A stretch of 64,000 nucleotides of DNA, from assembly GCA_021399345.1 (NCBI GenBank), contig JAAFKI010000124.1, forward strand, positions 29,521-93,520, read 5' to 3'. Within the stretch, counting starts at the first letter, position 1. Each line of letters begins with the position of its first letter. The notes under the pieces were generated by a model. That model worked only from the letters and a program-made list of their open reading frames with translations. It was not told where the DNA came from and did not search any database. Shown piece by piece: positions 8,888-17,601 of the stretch. Position numbers and translations under genes: made by a program. Source of the DNA: Candidatus Heimdallarchaeota archaeon (GTDB lineage Archaea; Asgardarchaeota; Heimdallarchaeia; Heimdallarchaeales; Heimdallarchaeaceae).

Positions 8888-10746
8888 AATACGTTCGAGT
8901 CAAGTCTCTATTTATTCTACTGTTAATCATAACCTCAAGCAATTTCATCATTATCACAACAATTGAGTACGCAATTGCTGGGAGTCCTAGTTCAGGAGAT
9001 ATTCCTCCTCCAGACGGAGGAGGTGAAGATACAAGTGGTGGGAGTTCCGCTGGAGGATTATATATGAATTATAGAATTCCTTTAGTAATAAAATCAGGTC
9101 CATTTGGTCCCACATTGATAACAATCAATACTTTCTATGATGGAGTTCCGATAATCTTTGGTTTCGAATCTATAGAACATGGAAATGAAACCATTTTAAA
9201 CCAAAATGAAACATTGGTAATCAATCCCTTGTTTGAACCTAATCTAGTAAATGGGTCTTTGATTCAAACCTTTGCACCACTTCAAATTAATATATATCAT
9301 CCATTTAGTAATTCAACCTTTGATGATACATTTTCCTATTCCCCCTTAGTCATGTCTATGTGGGGAAGGCATTATCAAAGTCAGTATGACAATATGAAAG
9401 CAATGATAGTAGCAGGAATTAATTCAACGGATATCACAATTACAAATCCCGGAGAAAATCCTGAGTTTTATGATTTACCACTTATAGGAGACACTTTGGA
9501 ATTAGATGTACAAAAGGGTACGATTATTGAATCCACTAATCCAATTGGAGTGGTTTTTTATTCTCTCTCAATTACTGAAGGATCATTTGCATACAATGCA
9601 ATTCCCCGTTTTTTGTGGGGAAAAGAGTATTATGTATACCCAGCACAAGAAATTGATTCAATCCCGCTTTTACAAGGTGATACTGAACTCACTATATCTA
9701 CAATAGGCGAGGGGGAAACTATTCATCCTATAACAAGTAATCTGAATGATCCTATAGAGGATTTACCTGAAAATGGAGTAGTAACGCTTTCTAATAGTGG
9801 TCTTGCTGCAGGTGAGTTTTACCACTATATTACTAGTAATTATATAAATTTCTCATTAACATTAATGTACAATTATACTTTTAATGGAACAACTCATAAA
9901 GCAACAGTTCAATACATGGCATCAGAAAAAATGACTTATGCTGAATGGTACTTAACTGCTTTAAGTTATAAAAACCAAGAACTCGGTATTATTATTCATA
10001 GAGAAGAATCTTGGATAATTCCAATGATATTAGAAGATAATGGAACTATTTACTATGATATTGGAGGATATGTTGAAAAGAATCTTGGTGATTCATTTAC
10101 CCATATTTGGAATAATTCTCTTGGTATTTTTGCAAATGGTTCATTCCATGGTTTTCTTTTAACTTCACCCCCAGAATCAGCCAATTGGAACAGTTCTGCC
10201 AACAATCTCTACCCACTCAATTTATTATCACACTTTGACAACACATCTACCTTCTTTCCATCTTGGTACAGATTCCCCAATTTAAATGTAAGAGAAGTAT
10301 TTGTAAGTCCAACAAATCCTACAGAATTCAGGAGACTTCAATTAGATATTATTGTTCAGAATAATGGTTCAGTACCTTCTGCTCCTTTTTGGGTAAGGGT
10401 AGTTGTCAATGATACAATAAGAATCAACAAAAAAGTTGAAGGGGGGCTTGACGTAATGGAAGCGATCCCAATCATTTTTGAAGAGTTTCAAGGATTCGGA
10501 CTGAAGGTTTGGAATATTTCCATTTTTACAGATTCTGAAAGTCAAATATATGAGCTTCACGAGTTTGATAATTCTTATCAATTATTTATTGAAGTAACTA
10601 GAAATTGGAATATAGTTTACACTGGTATTGCTATAGCAGTTGCGATAGTATCTTTCATCATTTATAAAATTACCAAAAGATTAAGAAAATCAAGAAGGAG
10701 AAGAAAAACACAGTTTGATGTAATACTGAGTGATATTGAGGTTTAA
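8884..10746 (+). CDS. Large sequon-rich surface protein with a CARDB-like beta-sandwich near a C-terminal TM anchor; otherwise unknown
   Basis: ATGA overlap with the DUF58 gene. N-terminal anchor LFILLLIITSSNFIIITT, then a Gly-rich linker PPPDGGGEDTSGGSSAGG. More than 15 N-x-S/T sequons. NVREVFVSPTNPTEFRRLQLDIIVQNNGSVPSAPFWVRVVVND resembles CARDB. The C-terminus is YTGIAIAVAIVSFIIY followed by KITKRLRKSRRRRK. Confidence 0.7.
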   Translation: MKYVRVKSLFILLLIITSSNFIIITTIEYAIAGSPSSGDIPPPDGGGEDTSGGSSAGGLYMNYRIPLVIKSGPFGPTLITINTFYDGVPIIFGFESIEHGNETILNQNETLVINPLFEPNLVNGSLIQTFAPLQINIYHPFSNSTFDDTFSYSPLVMSMWGRHYQSQYDNMKAMIVAGINSTDITITNPGENPEFYDLPLIGDTLELDVQKGTIIESTNPIGVVFYSLSITEGSFAYNAIPRFLWGKEYYVYPAQEIDSIPLLQGDTELTISTIGEGETIHPITSNLNDPIEDLPENGVVTLSNSGLAAGEFYHYITSNYINFSLTLMYNYTFNGTTHKATVQYMASEKMTYAEWYLTALSYKNQELGIIIHREESWIIPMILEDNGTIYYDIGGYVEKNLGDSFTHIWNNSLGIFANGSFHGFLLTSPPESANWNSSANNLYPLNLLSHFDNTSTFFPSWYRFPNLNVREVFVSPTNPTEFRRLQLDIIVQNNGSVPSAPFWVRVVVNDTIRINKKVEGGLDVMEAIPIIFEEFQGFGLKVWNISIFTDSESQIYELHEFDNSYQLFIEVTRNWNIVYTGIAIAVAIVSFIIYKITKRLRKSRRRRKTQFDVILSDIEV

Positions 10747-10749
10747 TAA

Positions 10750-13011
10750 ATGACATCACCAGAGCCTGAACAAGTAAAGAACTTTTCTACAAGAATAAGG
10801 CAATTCCTCAATAAATTTTGGAAGAATTTTAAAGCTAAAGGTGTTCTACCAAAGGATCAATATGAATCATTTAGTGTAATTCTAGGAAGAGACTTAGTTT
10901 TTATGGATTGGACTATTCAATTTGGTGGGCAACTTCTAGGTATTCTTCTAGGAGCTTTGGTAAGTTTTCTTATTGGTGCAAATCTCTTCAAAGATCTCTT
11001 TGGTGCAAGTGAATCTATAAATCCAAACTCTTACATCTCACTTTATGTTGGAACTTTACTAGCAGTCGTAGGTTTATCTGTATATTATATAATGAAACTT
11101 GGGATTAGAATTAACACACCTAAAAAAATAGCTAAAAATAAATTCAACACAGCCAAAGTAGCATTTTTTGGTCTTTCGTTTGTTTTTGGTTTATCTTATT
11201 TGTATAATACTTTCTTGGAACCAGCTGTTAACAAAATTGCCGGCATTGTGAATCCTTTGGATCCAAATGGAGGAGATCCTGGAAATGGAGGAGGGGGAGT
11301 TGATTGGCAGTCAACAAATCAATACATAATTCTTATAGCTTCTATTTTAGCAGCAGCAGCAGTATTTGCTCTTCTTTATTCCGGAATAATGTATTCGATG
11401 AACAAGAAAGTTGGAACAATAGATGGAGTAGCTATTATTGCAGCGTCTACATTATTGATGTTCTATTTATTATCACAGTTTTCAATGCCTCAATATTTAA
11501 TCGAGGCATTTCAAACTAAATCATATTCACTGCTCTTACCCTTACTAAATGATATTCTATATTATTCGCTTATTGCATTTGTAACAATAATGGTTTATCA
11601 CCTAAGCAGGAGAATTGAGTTATCTATCATCATATTGTTCCTTGGTTTTGCATTTGGATATGAAACCACAAATATTGTTGAGTTTCTTATTATTTTAAAA
11701 TGGGATTTTCCCGAGAAATCGTATATTTCAGCTACTTTAATCAAAACTTTGCAAGGGTTACAATATGCAGGTTTAGCAGGAATGATTGCATATCCTCTGG
11801 TTTTCTATAGAGACACAGCAGCATTCTTTAGGAAAGCATATGTAACAATTAGAAATCAGGGACTGGTTTTATTTGTATTCTTCTTAGTAGTGCTTGTAAT
11901 CGAAATAATATTGCAATTTATTTTTACATACCTAGGTATTTTATTCTCACTTATTATTTTCATTGTTCTAGTTGGCGTGGTTAATTCACTTATTACGAAA
12001 AAATATGGAAAGCAAAGCTTTACAGGTTTGTTGTCAACAATGTCTCAGGCAACTCTCCAGATGGGTGAATCTGTGATTCCTACATTGAAAAAGCAAACTA
12101 AATTTCTTGAGGAAAAATCGATCAGAAGAAGATTGACCACCGTGATTTTAGGAACTACAATTCCTTTAGCTCTATATTTTGGTATTATGTATCTAACGAC
12201 AGCGATAACTGAGCAAACAGTTATTGGTACAACAGTATTTCTGTATACAGCTGTTCCTATTTCTATTGGGTTCATCGCATTTTCATTGAGTTACCTCTGG
12301 GTTAAGAATCCAATTATAAGAAGTAATTTTAATTATCAATATCCTCTAAAAATAGCTGGATTGATTGGAGGAATTTTTTACTTCTTCTATGCAGTTAATG
12401 GTTTAATCTACAATAGAGTAGGAGTATATCCCTTAATTGCTCTTTTCTATATACCAATAGTTTTGATAGCTGTTTTTAGAAAAGATAAACTAGGTACTTT
12501 GTTACTCTCTTTAGCTGGTGATAATAAAGATACAGCACTCAAAGAGCTACTCCTCAGGAGGGATTTAGATATTCCTTCTTTAGATGAGAAATTTTACAAA
12601 TCTCCACCTTACCTAAAAACTTGGCTTGCCTTGATTTTGACAAAACGAGGAGAAAAAGCTCAAACTTCTCAGAATCTTGTATCAATGCTAACAAGTAGCT
12701 TTCCATTAGAAAGGGCAACAGGTGCTTTGTGCATACTTTATCTAAATGATAAAGATACTATGGAAAGAGTAATTAAAATTCTTGAAAGTGATTCTGATCC
12801 TAGAGTTAGAGATGCCATAGCCTATGGTATTAGATATTTTGATGATCTTCCTGAAGAAATTTACAAAAGAATCATCGACTCCCAACACTATGAAGATGAT
12901 GCTAAAGTACTTGAAACACTGAAAGAAACCATTTCTTCTTTGGATATAAGGTTCTCTGCTGAGGAAAAAGAAGAGGAAGTGGAACTAGAAGAGTATTTTG
13001 AGGAAATTTAG
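10750..13011 (+). CDS. Large polytopic membrane protein (>12 predicted helices) with C-terminal cytoplasmic HEAT-like repeats
   Basis: Starts 3 nt after the previous stop. Hydrophobic helices run through aa ~55-575, with a Gly-rich loop DPNGGDPGNGGGGVDW. The C-terminal region ESDSDPRVRDAIAYGIRYFDDLPEE plus preceding helical repeats looks like HEAT/PBS-lyase repeats. The tail is acidic. Confidence 0.7.
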   Translation: MTSPEPEQVKNFSTRIRQFLNKFWKNFKAKGVLPKDQYESFSVILGRDLVFMDWTIQFGGQLLGILLGALVSFLIGANLFKDLFGASESINPNSYISLYVGTLLAVVGLSVYYIMKLGIRINTPKKIAKNKFNTAKVAFFGLSFVFGLSYLYNTFLEPAVNKIAGIVNPLDPNGGDPGNGGGGVDWQSTNQYIILIASILAAAAVFALLYSGIMYSMNKKVGTIDGVAIIAASTLLMFYLLSQFSMPQYLIEAFQTKSYSLLLPLLNDILYYSLIAFVTIMVYHLSRRIELSIIILFLGFAFGYETTNIVEFLIILKWDFPEKSYISATLIKTLQGLQYAGLAGMIAYPLVFYRDTAAFFRKAYVTIRNQGLVLFVFFLVVLVIEIILQFIFTYLGILFSLIIFIVLVGVVNSLITKKYGKQSFTGLLSTMSQATLQMGESVIPTLKKQTKFLEEKSIRRRLTTVILGTTIPLALYFGIMYLTTAITEQTVIGTTVFLYTAVPISIGFIAFSLSYLWVKNPIIRSNFNYQYPLKIAGLIGGIFYFFYAVNGLIYNRVGVYPLIALFYIPIVLIAVFRKDKLGTLLLSLAGDNKDTALKELLLRRDLDIPSLDEKFYKSPPYLKTWLALILTKRGEKAQTSQNLVSMLTSSFPLERATGALCILYLNDKDTMERVIKILESDSDPRVRDAIAYGIRYFDDLPEEIYKRIIDSQHYEDDAKVLETLKETISSLDIRFSAEEKEEEVELEEYFEEI

Positions 13012-13054
13012 TTTCTCGCAATTATTTTTTCACTTACCAAAGAAAAGAAGAGAA

Positions 13055-13741
13055 TTACTTCAGAATTATTCGTGCATCTACAGGGAATAAACCATCCTCA
13101 TTTGCAATTATTGGATTAATATCCATTTCTGCAATATACTCCTTATATTCCCATGCCAATTCTGAAAGTTTTACAATCAAATTAGAAAGTTCTTCTTTAT
13201 TCACCTTTGGCATTCCTCTGAAACCTTCTAACAAAACCCTTGCTTTGATTTCTTCAATAGCTTGTAATGCTTGTGGTTGAGTTGTTGGACACAAACGAAA
13301 AACCACATCCTTGATTGCTTCAACCATGACTCCCCCTACACCAAATAGAATGACAGGGCCAAAAGTTGGATCAGTATTTGTTCCTATAATCAATTCAAGG
13401 CCTTTACCAACCATTTTTTCAACAAGAACACCTGCAACATCAACACTTGAAAATCTATTCATAAAATCATCAAATGTTGATTTTACTTCCTCTTCTGATT
13501 GTAGATTTACTACAACTGCATCATAGTCTGTTTTATGGATAACTTCAATCGACATCAACTTCATAACTACGGGATATCCAAATTTGCTAGCTGCTTCTAT
13601 AGCTTCTTCTTTTGTTTTCACTAGAGTAGAAGGAGGAACAATTATCCCCATTTTTCTCAATATCATTTTTGCTTCATGTTCTAGAACAGCTTTCCTCTGT
13701 TCTGATTGGATTATTGTAAATATTTCTTTTATTCCACTCAT
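13055..13741 (-). CDS. acdB: ADP-forming acetyl-CoA synthetase, beta subunit (ATP-grasp)
   Basis: 228 aa, immediately downstream of the alpha subunit with a 2-nt gap. Contains YPVVMKLMSIEVIHKTDYDAVVVNL, LIIGTNTDPTFGPVILFGVGGVMVE and DINPIIA, which are typical of ACD beta. Confidence 0.85.
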   Translation of the reverse strand: MSGIKEIFTIIQSEQRKAVLEHEAKMILRKMGIIVPPSTLVKTKEEAIEAASKFGYPVVMKLMSIEVIHKTDYDAVVVNLQSEEEVKSTFDDFMNRFSSVDVAGVLVEKMVGKGLELIIGTNTDPTFGPVILFGVGGVMVEAIKDVVFRLCPTTQPQALQAIEEIKARVLLEGFRGMPKVNKEELSNLIVKLSELAWEYKEYIAEMDINPIIANEDGLFPVDARIILK

Positions 13742-13743
13742 TT

Positions 13744-15165
13744 TTAGTCCTCCACTTTGATAGATCTTGGATCCACACCATGTTTTTGAATATGTTTAGT
13801 ATATTCAGTAAGCATACCTAAAGCTCTCACAGCTCTACCAGGACTTTCAAATGCAGGTAAATCATCCTTCAATAATTCTGCAGTTGCATAATCTGCTTCT
13901 TCGCCTCCAACTAAAGCTGTTACAAAGGGTTTTTCTTTTCTTTTAGCTAATTCTTTTGTAATTTTGATATATTCTTCTATATCTAAATCAGGTATAACTG
14001 GAATACAGATGTTAACAATTGAATCTACATTTGGATCATCATAAACAGATTCTAAAGCAATTCGATAATCTTCTGCAGTTGCACTACCAGTTATATCAAT
14101 TGGATTTCCTGTTGAATAAAATGATGGGAAAGTGTCATCAAGTTTCTTCTGTACTTCAGCTGAAAACTTAGCAAGTGCAAGGCCACAATCAGAAACCATA
14201 TCTGATGCCATTACTCCAGCTCCACCACCATCTGTTACGATTGCTACTTTATTTCCTAATGGCAAAGGTTGAGTTCCAAATACTAAAACACAATCTTCTA
14301 ATTGATCCCACGTTATTACTCGGATTATACCAGCGTCATTTAGCAAGTCATCCACTATTACATCATTAGCTGATAATGCAGCAGTATGTGATGCGCCTGC
14401 TTTTGCACCAGTTTCAGTACGATTTGCTTTAATTCCCATAATAGGTTTTTTCAGAGATATTTCTCTTGCTTTTTGCATGAATTCTCTGCCGTTTTTGAAG
14501 TCTTCCAAATAGATAATAATCATTTTTGTATCAGGGTCTTGTCCAACATATTCTAAAGAATCAGTTTCGTTAATGTCACTTGCATTTCCATATGAAATAA
14601 ATTTGGAAACCCATTTACCAGAACCTAAACGAGAGAGCTGATCAATGAAAGCAGCACCGAAAGCTCCACTTTGAGTGAATATTGATACAGGCCCGTTAGT
14701 TGGTCTTTTCAATTTACTATCTGGTAAAAACATTGTGTCATAACCAAGAGCTGGTGAGTATAAACCCAAGCAATTTGGTCCAATAACAGTAATTTCAAAC
14801 TCTCTCATAATATCTAACATTTGTTGTTGAAGTTTGATTCCTTCATCCCCAATTTCGCTAAAACCACCAGTTGTAACAATAATGTTCTTTATACCTTTTT
14901 TTCCACATTCTTGTAATGCCAAAGGAGCATATCGAGCGGGAACGATAATGCATGCTGCATCAATTGAATCATCTATCTCTAAAACTGATTTGTATAATTT
15001 ATTATTATATAGCTCTCCACCTTTTGGGTTAACAAGATATGTTTTCCCAGGAAAAAAGTTTACAAAATTATATGCTACTACATTCCCAGGTTTATTGGGA
15101 GTAGTTGAAGCACCTACAACACAAAATGATTTGGCGTTAAAGAATTTCTCTAGCCTTGCTTTCAT
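13744..15165 (-). CDS. acdA: ADP-forming acetyl-CoA synthetase, alpha subunit (CoA-binding / succinyl-CoA-synthetase-like)
   Basis: FFNAKSFCVVGASTTPNKPGNVVAYNF, YLVNPKGGEL, DAACIIVPARYAPLALQECGKKGIKNIIVTTGGFSEIGDEG, GPNCLGL and GASHTAAL. Confidence 0.88.
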   Translation of the reverse strand: MKARLEKFFNAKSFCVVGASTTPNKPGNVVAYNFVNFFPGKTYLVNPKGGELYNNKLYKSVLEIDDSIDAACIIVPARYAPLALQECGKKGIKNIIVTTGGFSEIGDEGIKLQQQMLDIMREFEITVIGPNCLGLYSPALGYDTMFLPDSKLKRPTNGPVSIFTQSGAFGAAFIDQLSRLGSGKWVSKFISYGNASDINETDSLEYVGQDPDTKMIIIYLEDFKNGREFMQKAREISLKKPIMGIKANRTETGAKAGASHTAALSANDVIVDDLLNDAGIIRVITWDQLEDCVLVFGTQPLPLGNKVAIVTDGGGAGVMASDMVSDCGLALAKFSAEVQKKLDDTFPSFYSTGNPIDITGSATAEDYRIALESVYDDPNVDSIVNICIPVIPDLDIEEYIKITKELAKRKEKPFVTALVGGEEADYATAELLKDDLPAFESPGRAVRALGMLTEYTKHIQKHGVDPRSIKVED

Positions 15166-15388
15166 TAGCTATCAGAAACAAGAAATATTGTTTTGTTAAA
15201 AATTTTTGGAATAATACTACAAAAACTCCTTTCATATTCCTAATTGATTCTGTATTTATTGCGAAACCTCGAATAATGCAGTAGATGCATTGTGCATAAA
15301 TTGTGGAGTAAAATTAATAAACAAATAAACTCCATTTTTCTCTTTTGTTAAAGAGAAAGCTTTCAAACACAACCTTATTTATTATTTC

Positions 15389-16588
15389 ATGTTTTCTTCA
15401 AGTATGGATAATGAGATTTTAATCCCTGCATATTGGAAAATTCCATATCAAGAAGAAATGACAGGAAAAATAACAAAAACTAGAGGAAGGGAGTTACAGT
15501 TCAGTAAGAAATTCTTTTACCCAGGAGGAGGGGGACAATTATCAGATAGAGGTACTATTATTTATACTGATAAAGAATTTCCAATAATTGATGTCTATAA
15601 AGACGAGGAGGGAATCTGGCATAAAATAAAATCTAAAGAAAAAATTGAATTTGAAGAAGGAAAAGAAGTACTTCTAAAATTAGATTGGGAAAGAAGATAT
15701 TCGTTTATGAAAGCACATTCTTCCCAACATCTCATATCTCACATTCTAGAAGAGTTTTATCAATGTAAAACTCTAAAAGCTAATTTTGAGGAAGGTAAGA
15801 TCGATATTGAAACTTCCATAAAATTATCACTTGAGCAGGTGTTAAAAGCGATAGAACATGCAAATGATATTATAAATTCAGGAACTAAAATTGAATCAAT
15901 TGTTGTAAATCAAGAGAAATATAAAAGAGAATTCAAACAAAGAACAAGAGGGAAGACCTCAGATGAAAAAACGGTTAGACTCATTCAACTTGGTGAAGAT
16001 GAAGGATTTGATTTAGCCTGTTGTGGAGGTATTCATGTGAAGAATCTTTCAGAAGTTAAGGGAATAATTCTTGAGAATCTCAAGGCATATACTCTCAAAC
16101 TTCTAGTTGATCAACATGGTCTTACATTTGCAAATCAACAAAGAAAAATGATGATTGCTTTAGAAGAGCTCACTCAAAAGAAAGATGAAAAACTTATTGA
16201 GATGATACAAAATAAACTTAACAACTTCGATGTCCTACAATCAGGAAATGTAAAATTATTGAAAATGATTTTCAGAAATCTACAACATTGGAAGATAACA
16301 ATCAATGGAATATCTTGCATTTTTTTCGAATTACCAGAAATTGACCGTCAAGCAATTCAATCAGCTGCTAAAGAAATGATTGAAGGATTTCTTATAGTTA
16401 TAATAGGAAAGAATGAAATTCTTTACATCTTGTCTTCTGATGAAAGAATTCCAGCAGATGAAGTTACGAAGAAGCTTCTAGAAATTACAAAAAATAAAGG
16501 TGGGGGAAACAAAGCTTTTGCACAAATATCAATACAAAAAGTAGAAAATCCACTAAAACTAGTTAAAGATGTAATAAAAAACTTCTAA
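15389..16588 (+). CDS. alaX: AlaX-type alanyl-tRNA editing protein (long form with DHHA1-like C-terminus)
   Basis: Zinc/editing motifs HSSQHLISH and CCGGIHV. C-terminal KGGGNKAFAQ, as in the AlaRS C-terminal domain. Confidence 0.8.
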   Translation: MFSSSMDNEILIPAYWKIPYQEEMTGKITKTRGRELQFSKKFFYPGGGGQLSDRGTIIYTDKEFPIIDVYKDEEGIWHKIKSKEKIEFEEGKEVLLKLDWERRYSFMKAHSSQHLISHILEEFYQCKTLKANFEEGKIDIETSIKLSLEQVLKAIEHANDIINSGTKIESIVVNQEKYKREFKQRTRGKTSDEKTVRLIQLGEDEGFDLACCGGIHVKNLSEVKGIILENLKAYTLKLLVDQHGLTFANQQRKMMIALEELTQKKDEKLIEMIQNKLNNFDVLQSGNVKLLKMIFRNLQHWKITINGISCIFFELPEIDRQAIQSAAKEMIEGFLIVIIGKNEILYILSSDERIPADEVTKKLLEITKNKGGGNKAFAQISIQKVENPLKLVKDVIKNF

Positions 16589-16599
16589 GCTTAATTTGC

Positions 16600-17598
16600 T
16601 TAGAAGAACACATCATCTCTTGGTGCAATGTAAGTATAAGTTATTGGATCAGATTTCTCATTTTTCTGAACTTTGTTTTCATCTATTAGTTTATTCAGAT
16701 GGGCAGTCATGTTGGTTTTTGGTGCCAATATAGAATAGGGATGATACCAAACGATACCTTGAGAATTATGAACTCTTTCAATTAGTTGGTTCATAGTCAG
16801 ATACTTCTGTTCTGTCATCGCCATTTCTAATTGATTTTCAAACTGATGAAATGCTTCCTTTACATCATTTACGTAAGGTATAACATGTCGATTTTCTTGA
16901 TAATTATCATGAGCAGGACATATCATGGAAATTTCTGCTTTTTCGAGAAACTCGATATTTTTCAACCATATTTTATAAGAACCCGAATAATCAATTAAAT
17001 AGCTGCTAGAGAGAGCAGGATACAAATTGAGTGCATCACCAGTAAACATAGCTCTTTCTGCAGTTGCAAAAAACATACTATGACCTTCACATATTCCATC
17101 AAAATTAATTACCATCAACTTTGTATCATCGATTTCAAACTTTTCTCCATCTTTGAAATAAATATCTGGTTTGAATGCATCTAAATCATCGAATGGATCC
17201 TTCTTAACAGCAAAGTATAATTTCTCCTTTCTTGTGAAATTGAAATTATTTTCTTTAATCAGATTATTAGGGTCATCCATTATAGATTTACATTTTTCAT
17301 TAATAGCGACTTGGGCATTAGGAAATATTTTCTTTAGCTTGTACACTCCCCCCATCACGTCAGGATAGGGATGTGTAAGGAAAATAAATTTTACATCTTT
17401 TGTGTCTTTTCCCTTATTGAAAATTGCTTCTAGAAATGTGTTTTCTATACTTCCTCTTCTTCCAGTGTTGATTATTGCAAAGGAATCTTTACCTAGCAAA
17501 TATCCTCTATTACGTTCTCCCCCATCTCCAGAGGGACCATCTATTATTGAAATTCTTTCATTTATCGCATGAATTGGATCAGATATCATTTTAGACAC
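16600..17598 (-). CDS. Metallo-beta-lactamase-fold protein with a degenerate metal motif and a possible C-terminal winged-helix
   Basis: MBL-like order of elements: FAIINTG, FIFLTHPYPDVMGG (where HxHxDH is expected), CEGHSMFF, MFTGDAL and ICPAHD. It starts 3 nt after the stop of the upstream zinc-ribbon gene. Confidence 0.65.
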   Translation of the reverse strand: MSKMISDPIHAINERISIIDGPSGDGGERNRGYLLGKDSFAIINTGRRGSIENTFLEAIFNKGKDTKDVKFIFLTHPYPDVMGGVYKLKKIFPNAQVAINEKCKSIMDDPNNLIKENNFNFTRKEKLYFAVKKDPFDDLDAFKPDIYFKDGEKFEIDDTKLMVINFDGICEGHSMFFATAERAMFTGDALNLYPALSSSYLIDYSGSYKIWLKNIEFLEKAEISMICPAHDNYQENRHVIPYVNDVKEAFHQFENQLEMAMTEQKYLTMNQLIERVHNSQGIVWYHPYSILAPKTNMTAHLNKLIDENKVQKNEKSDPITYTYIAPRDDVFF

Positions 17599-17601
17599 CG
17601 T

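Noticed and set aside
14834-15199. 121-aa plus-strand ORF (and similar ORFs at 13311-13526, 14175-14369, 17768-18151, 17607-17804, 31456-31692 and 32038-32367)
   Set aside because: All lie antisense within well-supported CDS (acdA/B, the coiled-coil protein, the ureohydrolase) and have low-complexity composition.
15337-15358. Perfect 9-bp stem hairpin tttctcttt-tgtt-aaagagaaa, 31 nt upstream of alaX
   Set aside because: It is almost purely A/T, so it would be weak as RNA. It sits in a divergent promoter with no upstream gene to terminate. It is probably chance or part of a promoter and is not reportable as a feature.
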